NCBI RefSeq assembly: GCF_963921235.1
Contig: NC_086108.1
Location: 34,164,001-34,228,000 of the forward strand
DNA: 64,000 nucleotides
DNA from: Mobula hypostoma
Taxonomy: Eukaryota
Direction of reading: 5' to 3'
Below the pieces are notes generated by a model. The model was not told the origin of the DNA and did not search any database. It was given only the letters and a program-made list of their open reading frames with translations. Positions 1 to 12,672 of the stretch are shown here, piece by piece (the first letter of the stretch is position 1; every line of letters starts with the position of its first letter). A program made the translations under genes and the position numbers.

Positions 1-180
1 AGTACTGTGGTAATGTTCTAATTTGTTCTGTATTTTATTTAAATACATAATTTGTTACTCAGTTAAACAGTGGTTAGTCTTTTTTTATACCTTTTTAACT
101 ATTTCCATGAAGCTCCAACTAATTGTGGCAGCTCCTTAATTGGGCCAAAACGTGTTGTCCCAATTAACTGGAATCCACTA
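1..180. mobile_element. Right end of a Tc1/mariner-pogo (Tigger-like) MITE, truncated by the window edge
   Basis: Ends in TGTCCCAATTAACTGGAATCCACT(A) followed by TA, which resembles a CAGTGGATTCC-type TIR with a TA target site. The other end is outside the window. Confidence 0.45.
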
Positions 181-1294
181 TACATTAAATTACTCACTAT
201 ATTCTATTTATCTCTTTAAAACCTTTACTTACTCACTAACTCTTATAAATTTGGAGGTTACTGGAACTATGTCATTGGTCAGTTACCATCTAACTTAATG
301 CCAGAAGAGATTTGGATCATGTTTGCAATGTTCAACTAAATACACAATGTATGAGAATCAGAATGGTTCATTCACTTTGCAAGCCGCATAGTCAGGCATG
401 TGTTATTGCCGATATATTTCATTTGACTTGTTAGAGTCTGGAGGTGGGGAACCCAGGAACATCTACAATGAATGTGTAGCAATATGCCTAAAAGCTGAGC
501 ATAACAGAAACTTCTGCCAGAACTAGTCTCACGTTAAAAGAGACCTAAATACAAAGCACTGTGTGCAAAAGTGTATCAGTAAAAAAGAATAAAGACTTTC
601 AACTCATTCAATACTTTTCTTAATATGACGTTCAAAACAGGTTATAGTAAGGAAATACTACTGTGATATTGGTTAGTGATAATGGAGTTTCGTGCACAAG
701 GTTTCATAAACAGTGAAGTGCTAGGAATTAGGAAATCTTTTAGTGATTGTATTTTAAACTTTGGGCAGGATACCCCTGCTTTTCACAAGATTTTAAAAAC
801 AAGACAAGTAGGGGACATGCAACCTCTTGAACCTGCTCCACCATCCTATAAAACCATAGTAAATCAAATCTTTGGCCCTGAAGCTCACTTTCCTACCCAA
901 ACTCCATAACTCATATACCAAAAACCTATCTATCTTAGACTTAAATATACCTACTGACTCTTAAGAATGGGTACAAATGCTCATTTAGTCCATCTAAAAG
1001 GACATAATCTAGGGTGTGTCAATGCTGGCATTTATACTCTGGTTTGTCAGCCTTTACAACGAAAGTCTCGTATATCTACTGACTCAGAGATTTCCATTTA
1101 GCCAAGGGAGGCACCTACAAAAATGTAGATGCTGAATAATAGCAACCTTAAACCTTGGAAATGGCTGATCTTCATCACAAGTTATCTAAGTGGAATCACA
1201 TTAGCCATGAAATGTCATAAGTCATTTAATGTCCTTCCAACTAATCACGTAAACTTATTACACAGGTAATAAAACATAGTCACTCCATGAATAC

Positions 1295-2480
1295 AAGACC
1301 ATACAACATGCAGTAGGATCAGAGTTAGGCCATTCGGCCCATCGAATCTTCCACCATTCCCTCATGTCCAATTTATTATCTGTCTCAACTCCACTTTTCT
1401 GCTTTCTCCCTATAATATTTGACTCTCTTCAAGAACCTATCAACTTCCACTTTAAATATACCAATGACTTGGCCTCTACTGCCATCTGTGGCAATGAATT
1501 CCACAGATTCACCACCCTCTTTCTCAAGAAATTTCTCATCATCTCTATTCTAAACGGACATCCCTTAATTCTTTTAGTTTAGACTCCCTACTATTGGAAA
1601 CATCCTCTCCCCATCATTCTATCGATGCCTTTCAATATTTGATAGGTTTCAATGAGATCCCATCCATCCCACTCTTCTAATTTCTAGCAAGTACAAGCCC
1701 AGATCCATCAAATGCTCCTCATACGTTAACTCTTTCATTCCTGGAACCATCCTTGTGAACCTCCTCTGAACCCTCTCCTACCCCAGTGCATGTTTCTTAG
1801 AAAACAGCCCCAAAACTGCTCACAGCACTCCAAGTGTGATCTGACCAATGCCTTACAAAGCCTCAGCATTACATCCTTGCTTTTATATTCAAGTCGTCTC
1901 AAAATGAATGCTAACATTGCAATTGCCTTCCATACCACCGGCTCTTCCTGCAAGTTAACCTTTAGGTAATCCTGTGTGATGACTCCTAAGACTCTTTACA
2001 CCGCTGATTTCTGATTTTTCTCCTTGTTTAGAAAATAGTCTATGCCTTTATTCTTTCTGCCGAAATGCATGAACATACACTATTTTCCACCTGCCATTTC
2101 TTTGCCTATTTTCCCAATGTGTCTCAGTCCTTCGGCAGACTGCCTGCCTTCTCAACACTACCTGCCCCTCTACCTATCTTCGTACTATCTGCAAACTTGG
2201 CCACAATTCATCAATTTGTCATCCAAATCGTTGACACATAATGTGAAAAAAGCAGGTCCAATACCAACCCTGCAGAACATCACTAGTCACCAGCAGATAA
2301 TCAGAAAAGGCCCCCTTTATTCCACCTCTTTGTCTCCTGCCAGTCTGCCAATCTTCCATTCACGATGACATCTTTCCTGTAATACCATGGGCACTCAACT
2401 TGTTTAGCAGCCTCGTGTATGGCACCTTGTCAAAGGCCTTCTGAAAATTGAACTGAACAACATCCATTGTCTCCCTTATT
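1295..2480 (-). mobile_element. Decayed 5'-truncated CR1 (HER1-like) LINE
   Basis: The 1735..1953 frame reads [37 protein letters not shown], homologous to the RT C-terminus of the young CR1 in this window. The 3' UTR motif GGCCATTCGGCCC is present on the + strand. Confidence 0.85.
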
Positions 2481-3629
2481 CTGGCTTCTGTCTCTTTCCT
2501 TTCCAGTCCTGATAAAGGGTCTTAGCCTGAAATGTTAACTGTTTATTCCTATCCATAGAACTGCCTGACCTTCTGAGTTCCTCCAGCACTTCGTGCGTGT
2601 TGCTAAAAAAGATTAGGAATCACATTAAATGCAAAGGATTTCAAAAACTAATCAACACAGTGGCTATGAAAGTCAAACAAAGGATAGCAATGGAAAATTA
2701 ACCCATCAGTTTGAAATTATACATTTTTGAGAGGGAGTATTCCAATTTAAGTTATGTGATTATATAAATTATAAAAATCATCCAAATTAAAACATTTAAG
2801 AATTAAAAGTTATTCAAAATGTCCCTATTTTGGAGAATTTCACTATTATATTATGAAATATCAACAAGATCAAAGCTAATTAGAAAATAAAATATCAGAA
2901 ATGTATTGAGGATTATTCACAATCTAAAAGAATATGACAGGTTGATCTTGCTAATTATATTCATTTTCAAACAATGCTGTACATTTTCACATTCCGTTTC
3001 CTTTTCATCCATTATCTTCATTTGGAGGTGTTGATGAAGAATCATCAGAGACAGACATAATCATGGGAAAATACAGTGCAGAAGATGACTTTGGGTCATC
3101 AAGATATGCAAAATCTTTACAAAGGACTAACAGGGCTACTGATCCAGTATTACCTTCCGTTCTGGTGCCATGATTTCAAAAGCAATTGGAAGACCCAGAG
3201 AGGGCTCAGAGAAGATTTTCTCAAGTGGTTCCAGAGGTGAGGGATTTCAGGTATAAAAGTGGCTGACTTTGTTCTCTTCGCAGCGGAGCTACAGGGAAAG
3301 TGGATGGAAGGCATGACTCTTATGGGGGAGGCATAATCTTGAAGGGCTGAATGTAAATTCAATTATTTTACATTTCTGCTCTCAATCCAGTTTGCTCTGT
3401 ATCCCTATCTCCCCACTTAACCTGAAATTTTCTCTCTAAATATATAAGCAATTTCCATCTGTATCCAAAGCCAGTGCTGCCTAAAACACTTGTCCTTGGG
3501 TCACTCCAGTTCTTTTACTTAGTGCCCTAACTCTGTACCCACATCTTATTGACCCTTCATCCATTACAAAAAGTATCTCTAATTTCTTCTTTCCATCAGA
3601 AAAACCAACTTGGATTTCATCTACACTTC

Positions 3630-4045
3630 TTAAACACCATGGAAAAGCAACCAGCATAATCGATGATCACTCCCACACCGGCCATTCTCTCTTCTCCCCA
3701 CTTCTATAGGACAGAAGAGAGAAAAGTTGGGGAAAAAAAGCCACATTGGGCTCAACGACATCTTTTGTCTTGCTGACATTAGATTATTGAATGGACTTCT
3801 TGTATGCTAATGATGAACTCTTATCTCACAACCTACCTCAACGTGGCCCTTGTGCCTTATTGTTCAGCTGCCCTGCACTTCCTCTGCAACTGCAATAGTA
3901 TCACTATATTCTGCATTCAATTATTGGTTTTCCTTTATGTTACCTCAAATGTGAAATGATCTGTACGGATGGCATGCAAAACAAGGTTTATTGCTCTATA
4001 TCAGTGCATGTAACAATAATAAACTATTTCAATTCCATTTCCACT
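3630..4045 (+). mobile_element. Old Rex1/Babar-like LINE 3' fragment
   Basis: Degenerate similarity to the C-terminal and 3' UTR region of the copy at 25667-26120. Ends in AATAATAAAC plus a short repeat tail. Confidence 0.55.
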
Positions 4046-4678
4046 TGTCAAGTATCTACTTTACCTTTGCTGAAGTAAATGGCTTAATATGCAAAGATGC
4101 GTCATTCCAGGGAGGAGGCTGCTCGACTTAGTGAAGTTTATAGAAATCAGCCGTGGTGATGATGACAGATACTATAAGCTCAGAAAAGGTTTACTAGACC
4201 AATATCTGGAATGGGCAGGCTATTTTCAAGCTTTGAAAAGTGAGATGGAACCTGATATAAAAAAAAACAACTGCTGAACAGGGTAAATGTGGAGATGATG
4301 CTTCAGCTTGTAGAAGAGCCTGGATGCAGGAATCATTGTTTCAAAGTAAGAGGTTCCCACATAAGCCAGAGGCAAAGAGACTTCATTAGGGTTTTAGGCC
4401 TTCCTCAACGAGTGGTGGGAGCATAATGGTTCAATCTTTTTAAAAATCTGAGATGGGTATATTCTTTTTAAGTATGGGATGAGAGGATTATTGCAAGTAG
4501 CCAGGAAGATGAAGCTGAGGTTGCAATCGAACTCTATGATCTCATTAGATGGCGAATGAGGCAGGCTCGAGGGCAAGTTGACCTCCATCTCCATTGTAAG
4601 AGCAGAGGTACCACTAGCAGATGAGCAGTATGTGTTCACAAAGCATATGGAGAAAGAGCAGAAGAAAGGCAGGCTCAC

Positions 4679-4747
4679 TTGCATTGTTCTACCAGAGAGT
4701 GGCAAGGGAATATGCTTTGCCATCTTCGATATCATATACTCCGTTAT
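4679..4747 (-). CDS. Candidate host exon of an unidentified gene
   Basis: Good acceptor (ctcttctatttatctgcag) and donor (CAA/gtgagc), 69 nt long. One frame is open (ITEYMISKMAKHIPLPLSGRTMQ); another reads NGVYDIEDGKAYSLATLW*. Non-repetitive island. Confidence 0.35.
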
Positions 4748-4859
4748 CTGCAGATAAATAGAAGAGCAGCCAATGTTTTGGAATTATTGCTACCACAAGG
4801 CAGCTAGGATACACTGTCATATGAGGGTAGAACTTATACAGTGATTGGGAGGGCACTGT

Positions 4860-5590
4860 TGAGTATTGTGGAACAGAGGCACTTGGGAGTACAAAAGCCC
4901 AGTTTGCTGAACATTGTGACACAAGTAGACAGGGAGCTGGAGAAGGCATTTAGCATGCTGGCCTTCGTCAGTCAGGACATTAGGGTAGGAGCATCATGTT
5001 GCAGTTATATAAGTCATTGGAGAGGCTACACTTCAGAAACAGAATTAGAGTTGAGTATTGTGTACAGTTCTGTTCACGCTGTTATGGGAAAGACATCATC
5101 AAGCTGAACAGCGTGCAGGAGGGATTTACGAGCAGGCGGTCTAATTGAGAGGGTCTGAGTTGTAGGGAGAGATTGGCCATGCTGGATTGTTATTCACCGG
5201 AGTGCAGGAGAACGAGGGTCAACCTCACAGAAATTCATAAAATCGTGAGGAGAATGGTTAAGGTGGACGGTCATAGTCTTTTCCTCTGGTTTAAGAAGTC
5301 CAAAACTAGAGGGACAGACGCACGATAAGAGTGGAGAATATTGTAAGAAACCTGGAAGGTAACTTCTTTACACAAAGGATAAGAGGGTAGGGAGTACCTG
5401 GAATCGACTGCCAGAGGACATGGATGGGGCAGGTGTGATTGCAACGTTTAAGTGGCTTTTGTATCAGTAGATGAGGAGGAAGAGGAGGATATGAAGGATT
5501 TTGGGCTAAATGCAGCCATCTGGGAGTAGCAGGAGTTTACATGGATGAGTTGGACTAAAGGGCCTTGTTGTATGACTCTATGACTTTGAC
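4860..5590 (+). mobile_element. Old CR1 3' fragment
   Basis: Degenerate KAFSMLAFV and LEYCVQF motifs; ends in a TATGACTC-type tail. Confidence 0.75.
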
Positions 5591-5784
5591 TCAGTGACTA
5601 TAAATTAGATAACTTCAGGGCAAATTTGAATATTCTGATTTGGTGCCTGTACTTGCATTTACAATTAAATCAAATTACTTTGTGGAATTGGATTAAAATG
5701 CAGAGAAGCATCATGTTAACACGGGAGCACTGACTATGTTGTGCAATCAAAAGTAGTTGGTGTCTGAGATGTGTTGAATGTTTC

Positions 5785-6110
5785 AAGGGACAGCATAGTG
5801 ATGCCATTAATAGTGCTGCTGCTTCACAATTTCCAGAGACCTGGGTTTAGTCCTGACCTCGAGTGCTGCCTGTGTGGAATTTGCAAGTTTTCCCTGTGAC
5901 TGCATGGATTTCCTTTGAGAGTTCTTATGCTAAAAACATGTGGGTTGATAGGTTAATCAGCCACTGTGAGTTTCTTACTCTGAATGTACAAAGTAGAACG
6001 TATGAGGTAAAGAGAGTATGAGGAAAACAGAATAGGATGAGTAAGGATTAGTGTAAGTAGATGTTTAATGGTTTTTGTGAACTTAGTACTCTATGACTTG
6101 ATGATTCTGT
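5785..6110 (+). mobile_element. HE1/V-SINE-like tRNA-derived SINE
   Basis: tRNA-like head (GACCTGGGTTTAGTCCTGACC), V-domain-like TGTGTGGAATTTGCAAGTTTTCCCTGTGACTGCATGGATTTCC, and a CR1-like tail. Confidence 0.65.
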
Positions 6111-6934
6111 TAGTCAGGGACATTGGAAATAAATCAGATGAAGCAAAAATATCTCCCTTACTTAGGCAAGTGAATGGAATCATTTAGAAAACTTCAAGGA
6201 CATTGACATATATAAGATGATTGATACTCAAGGCAAGTAAGATACAAGTAACCGGTCAGAACTGGACTGTAAAGCTGCGAGTAAAAGTAAATAAGGGGAA
6301 ACCAGTCACTTTGCAAGACAGGGACATTTACTGAGGATCAGATTAATCATGAGCACTCTGTTTGCCAGTCCACTAATGAAACAGAAACAGTTTGTTGAGT
6401 GCAAAATTAGGATAAAAAGCAAGGCATTGCTAAGTATGAATAATCAGTAGGACCAGATTATGAAGTTGGAAACTGCAATTGCATCAGCTAAAATAATTAC
6501 ATTATTTTCTGTGTTACATTTAAGCCTAAAAAGCTGAGGATTTTTTTTTAATGTAAGTGCTAAAAGAAATGAGCCAGGTCTATTTCTGGCAAGTGAAATG
6601 TATTGAAGCCAGAAATAGACTGAATCATAAAGAAAATAAGCTGATGGTAAGAAAGACTTCAAAATAAGTGATGTCATGAAGAGCTGAGATCTTATGAAAT
6701 CATAAGGTAAATCTTCATTAATGCTTGACAAAAAGAGCACTGCAAGTATTGGAAAATGGAAATGGTTTAATATACACAGGAAGCCCACTGCTTAACAGTC
6801 TGAGGAATTAACTGGATTTACCTAGTGTTTTGCCAACATTGAGCAATGCAATGTGAGCTAAAAATAAGGTTTATGAGCATTTCAACGTTTTCTTTTTTTA
6901 TTTCATTTATCAAGTAATTGTTTTATGAATGGAA

Positions 6935-8020
6935 CCCCTTGGCCAGTGGTGTACTACAGCAGTCAATACTAGGTCTTTTATTGTTTAGTTATATGATTTA
7001 GTCATTAAAATAGGAGATATGATTGATATGTTCAGCTGGCGTAAATATTAATGATGTGGATATGAGGAGAATAATCTCAGGCTACAGCAAAACATTAATC
7101 AGCTGATAAACTGGCCAAAGAAACGTCACATGGGATATAATCCCAAGTCTGAAGTGATGCATTTTGGGAGATCAAATAAAGGTAGCGCCATGGGAAGCAT
7201 TAATAAATATGTCAAAAGTACCCTGAAGGTGGCTGCACTGGTAGATTGGATCATAAAGAAAGCATGCAAGATAGTAGCCTTCATTCACCAGTACATTGAT
7301 TTAAGGATATGGGACAGCTGTACAAAACATCTGGAATAATATGTGCAACACACACACAAAATCACAGAATGCTGAAGGAACTCAGCAGCCCAGGCAGCAT
7401 CTATGGAAAAGACTATGAGAGTACAGTCAATGTATTGGGCAAAGATCCTGGCCTAGTGAGTTCCTCCAGCATTAGATTTCCAGCATCTGCAGATTTTCTC
7501 TTGTCTGTGATCAGAATAATATGTACAGTTTTGATCACTGCATTGTAGAAAGGACATTATTGCCCTGGAGGTAGTGAAGAGAAGATTCATCAGGATGTTG
7601 CCTGGGATGGTTATGAGGAATGACTGGATAGGTTGAGTTTGTTTGCCTTGGGAGGAGCAATCTGAGAGAGAAGTGGGGACCTGATAGAAGTACATAATTA
7701 TGAGGAGAATAGATAGACAGTGGTAATTCTTTTCCCTGTAACTAGTGGGCATAGGCTTATGGTAAAAAGTAAGAGGTTTAGAGTCCCATATTACCACCAT
7801 TCAGTTGCAAATTACAAACCACCACGGGACTGAGTGCCTAAGTGAGTGAGACAGAGAATCTCACAACATTTAATACGTATCCAGATGACCAGCATTTGAA
7901 TCATTAAGGCATTGAAGGCAATGGAACAAGTGCTGGTAAATGAGATTAGGATAGGTTGGTACTTGGTGGTCAGCATGGGCATTATGGGCCGAGGGGCCTA
8001 TTTCTGTGCTGTGTTACTCA
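6935..8020 (+). mobile_element. Old CR1 RT/3' fragment, interrupted by a short fold-back repeat at about 7345-7505
   Basis: Degenerate KSEVMHFGRSN and KKACKIVAFI motifs. Confidence 0.7.
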
Positions 8021-8181
8021 ATGAATTGTATCCAAACTGGGAAATCTGCTCTCAGATTTTGTGCCAGAGCTGTACAACAAAGGAAAGGTTAATTTTTCAG
8101 TTCTGGGATCCTCAATCGGAATTTGCTGCATTTTTCATTTAATTTCAGATTTCAAGTGAAACAGTCTGGTTTCCTCGGCTG

Positions 8182-8763
8182 CGTAAGTCTATGGAAGACA
8201 ATCTCTAGCCCCACCGAACGTGTGAGATTGAGGTGTGAGCCCACCCCAAACCCCCATTTGTGTGGATGCTGTGTGATTCATTACCCTGTTACAAATGAGT
8301 GCCACGAAATAACAGAGAGTACACCACATACAATTAAAAGATTTAGCTTTATGATTCTTAATTTGACTAAAGGGTTAGTAAAGAAAGAACGAACAAAAAG
8401 AAAAGGGCCCATTTTAATGAAACAGTCTAATGTGCTCAAGTTGGAGGTCACAGTTTCCCCGTCACCAATGCTACATCGATCATCCCGGGCTTCGTTAAAT
8501 CAAGGTCCCGCACCAGGTGGAATCCTACGACCTCTTCTCTCCGGCATCTTCTCTCTTCATCCCTCTCTAACAAAAGCCCCAAGCCCAACCTTAGTGTCCC
8601 TCACCAGAGAAACCTCCCCATAATCGGACCATCCTGATTCGATGGCACACAATTCTCCTATCTCTTATCTTCAACAGTAACCCAAACAAGCAGCTTACAC
8701 AGAACAGCACAAAATGAAATACAGAAAAACATAACAGTAAAAAATATGAACCAGCGCATTACA
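8182..8763. mobile_element. Probable solo LTR
   Basis: (C/T)GTAAG...CATTACA termini and retained CpGs. No convincing TSD was found. Confidence 0.4.
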
Positions 8764-10841
8764 CAAGGATTTGCAGTTCGTCTTTTTGATTTTTAAAATA
8801 CGAAAGATGCTGTAAATCTGATATACAAAACTAAACAGAAAATACTCTTCATGTCAGGCAGCATCTGTAGAGAGAAATAGAGATAACATTCCAGGCTGCT
8901 GACTCTTCACCAGAATTGAGAATATTCACAAAACAGGAGCCTTTTAAATGTGGACAATGAGGAAATGCACATAACAAGAGGAGAATAAGAGAAAGTGAAT
9001 GACAGATTGGTGTTGGCTGGAAGCAAGTGAAGAAGGCTTGTTAATTACATCTAATAAGTCTGGAGGACATACAGATAGAAAAAGTTCTGAGTAGGCAGTA
9101 AATATTACTTGGGCATTTGTTGCCACAGGTGACTGTGGAGACAGATCATTGGGTATACTTAAGTCAGGGATTAATAGATGCTTGATTAGTCAGGGCCTAC
9201 AGGGAGAAGGCAGAAGACTGAGGCTGAGTGGGAAAATGGATCATCCATGATGAAATGGTGGAACAGACTCGATGGGCCAAATGGCCTAATTCTGCTCCTA
9301 TATCTCATGGTCTTATGGTCTTATAATATGCTGGAACTGTGAGAAGAAGAGCACAGCAACACATGGAAATCTGAAATTGCAGAGATTGCTGGAAAAAATC
9401 CAATAGTTCAGGCGGAAACCACAGAGAGAGAACAACTGTGTTAGATCAGAACTGACCAGGATTTGACAACACTTCAGATGCCAGAAATCTGAAACGAAAA
9501 AAAGGAAAGCAGGAACACTCAGCAGGTCAGGCAGCATCTGCGGAGGAAGATATCTCACTATGAAAGCTCATCAACCTAAAACACCAAATGTACCCTCCCC
9601 CCCACCCCCAGCTCACATATGCCACCTGATCTGCTGAGCATTCCCAGAATTCCCTGCTCTGAGTGAACTGGAAGAGCTGGTTATCTGAAATTGTTCATTG
9701 GACTTCATTGGAACTGTGCAAGAAGCCAAAGATAGTGAGGTCAGAATGGAAGTTAGAATTAATAATTAAAGTGACAGGCAAATGGAAGCTCAGGATCTCC
9801 TTTGCAGACTGAACAGGGATTTTCTGCAACATTTTACAATGTTTTCTTCAATTTAGTGCAGAGATTTTGGAGAAGGATCGCATGGTCAACTATATATATT
9901 GAGGAGTATGGAGGATCAGAAGTAGATCTAGAAGAATGATCACAGTCAACTCTCATAAACCTTGGTTTGAAGATGTAATGGGTAAAAATCTGCCAGAGAG
10001 CTTCAAGCAATGTTTGCACAGTGGGTAGTATTGTAGCAAATAAAAACAAAGGATTGTAATGTGGAAAATCAAATAGAAAAAAAACAAAATATAAGAAGGA
10101 ACTTCTGAAAGTATGGCTGGGATGTGAAAAGGTTACTGAGGAAATGAAAATTATATCAAACCCAGTAAATGAGAAAGTTAGATCAATGACCCATCATTTT
10201 TTTAAAGATTAACTATTTACAAAGGAAGAAAGTTGAAATATTGAAGAATATAAAACCGATGAATCAAGGCCAAGTTAAATCAGCAAAAGTAAGGAAAAAA
10301 AATTGAGCAGCTAATCAGGTCTATGTATGCATGTATAACAGGTGGCGTGTTAAGAAAGCAGCAAGAATAATTTAAAAAGATCAACTGAGCATAACTAGAT
10401 TGTAGAATTTCTATTTCCAAGAGAGTCTTTGCTGCAGGCGCTATGTTAGAAGACATTAGTGATACCTAGAAATGGGTAACTGTGGAGCTGGAGATGTATT
10501 TGAACTACTGAGATCAATTCCTAGAAAACAGACAGCGACTGTGGGACCAGGGTTGTGCTTCCTGTTATTCATCCTATTATCTGAAGCATTGTGTTGGGAG
10601 TTTGGCCATATTTCACCAACTAGAATTTCATATTATATTCCTTCTTTAGCTCACTGTTATTTACAATTAACATTTTTCAGTGTTGCTGCATTGAAGTGGG
10701 CCACATAGACTTGTTATGCTTGGGCTGATTTTTGGAAGAGTAAAGAGGAACTCACTGAGTCAAGCAGCATCTGTGGGGTAAAGGTAGAGTCAAAGTTTTG
10801 GGTTGAGACCTTGCAACACGATGGTAAAGAAATGAGAGTGA

Positions 10842-11133
10842 GTGCTGGGGCAAGAACTAGCGAGTGATAGGTGGATCCAGTGAGAGGAAGTGCTGGGACA
10901 GAGCTGGCTAGTGATAGGTGGATCCAGTGAGAGGAAATGCTGGGACAGAGCTGGCTAGTGATAGGTGGATCCAGTGAGAGAAAGTGCTGGGACAGAGCTG
11001 GCTAGTGATAGGTGGATCCAGTGAAAGGAAATGCTGGGACGGAGCTGGCTAGTGATAGATGGATCCAGTGAGAGAAAGTGCTGGGACAGAGCTGGCTAGT
11101 AATAGGTGGATCCAGTGAGAGGAAGTGCTAGGA
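10842..11133. repeat. Minisatellite, 47-bp unit, about 6 copies
   Basis: GTGATAGGTGGATCCAGTGAGAGGAAGTGCTGGGACAGAGCTGGCTA recurs at 10864, 10911, 10958, 11005, 11052 and 11099. Confidence 0.97.
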
Positions 11134-11656
11134 TCGTTGATATTTCATGTGGCAGGTGCTTTTCTCTTCGCACTTCTAATTGGTTTTTGTCAAGACACTC
11201 CTCCAGCTCGGGCCGCATTAATGGACCGCAGCAAAGCTGTCTCAGATCTTGGTGAGAAGGCGTGCTTGAAAAGTTGGCTTGTTTCATGATGAAGTGTGGT
11301 CCAGTCGCGCATCAGTCCGTTTGGGAGCTGGGGTTGGATCATTCTTTGTCTGGCATCTCATGCACAGCCATTCCAACATGAGTGGGGCTGAGTTGGCTTC
11401 GCTGATGGAGTCCTTGAAGCACGCAAGCCTCCACACGGCTGGGATTAGAGCTGATGAGAGATAAGTGGATCTGCATGAGGATGTGTTCATGGGAAGACGC
11501 AGCCAGGTGGGGAAGGGAGCAATGGAGATAGTGACAGGGGCTGGGAAGTGAGACAACAAAGGGTTGCAGATTACTGTATCTGACTGGTAAGTAAAATAAG
11601 ATCAGGAGAGATGGTGGTGGGCAAAAGGAGAGGAGACAGGATGGGGTTCAAGTGGA

Positions 11657-11659
<3 letters not shown>

Positions 11660-11699
<40 letters not shown>
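11660..11699. repeat. (GT)n microsatellite
   Basis: Read directly from the sequence. Confidence 0.97.
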
Positions 11700-11700
<1 letters not shown>

Positions 11701-12134
11701 TTGAATCAGATGAGGAGGGGTAACTAAGAAACCAAGAGCTGGTGGGACAGTAGGTATTTGGAAAGAAGGACTTTCACATGAGAACCTGGGTGGATCAGAT
11801 GGAGCGAAGAAAAGAACAGAGGTTGTGCAGGTTACCTGAAACGGGAGAATTCTGTGTTCATGGCATTGAGACATAGACTACCCACGTGGAACATGAGATG
11901 CTATTGCTCTAGTTTGCATTTTACCTCACCCTGGCAGTGGAGGAGGCCGAGGAAAAACAGGTCAGGGGGGGAATGAGCTGGGAGTTGAAATACTATGAAA
12001 TCAGGAGTTCCACAGATCCATTACAGCCATTGCTTATTTAATCCCTTACTCCAGCTTTATCCTTGTCAGCCTGCAAATGCATTTTCTGCACAAGAATTTG
12101 CAGTTGCCTTTTAAAAGTTCCTATGACACCTATT

Positions 12135-12672
12135 AAGATTTAAGGTTGCTTAATATTATTTCCAGTACACAAGTGTAAAGGAGAATGAAATAATTGTTTC
12201 TCTGGATCTAATGCAGCACAAAAAGAAACACAATAAGATAAAGAACACAATAATAAAAAAAATAAATATAAATACATAAGAAACCTTATATACATAGATC
12301 GATTGCATGTCCATAAAGTGGCACTAGGCACAGGAGTGTCTGTACAGAAGGTGATTCAGGCAAGAAATGGTAAAGTAGTGGTTGTGGCGGGTGTGGTGGG
12401 GTAGATTTGTGGTTGGAAATGTTGATCAGCCTTACTACTCGGGAAAAGTAACTGTTTTTGAGTCTAGTGGTCCTGGCGTGGATGTTACGTAGCCTCCTTC
12501 CTGAAGAGAGTAGGACAAACAGTCCATGAGCAGAGTGGGTGGGATCATTCATGATGCTATGGGCTTTTCCCCAGCACCTTACTGTATGTATGTCCTTGAC
12601 AGCAGGTAGGCTGGTGCTGGTGGTATGTTGGGCACTTTTGACTACCCGTCATAGAGCCTTCCTGTCCCCCAC
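12135..12672 (-). mobile_element. Rex1/Babar-like LINE 3' fragment
   Basis: The 12286..12552 frame reads DPTHSAHGLFVLLSSGRRLRNIHARTTRLKNSYF, a typical Rex/Babar ORF C-terminus. Confidence 0.8.

Noticed and set aside
5785..5870. tRNA gene
   Set aside because: It is a degenerate tRNA-derived SINE head with no complete cloverleaf.
10842..11133. CRISPR-like array
   Set aside because: The units are contiguous tandem repeats with no unique spacers, the context is eukaryotic, and there are no cas genes.
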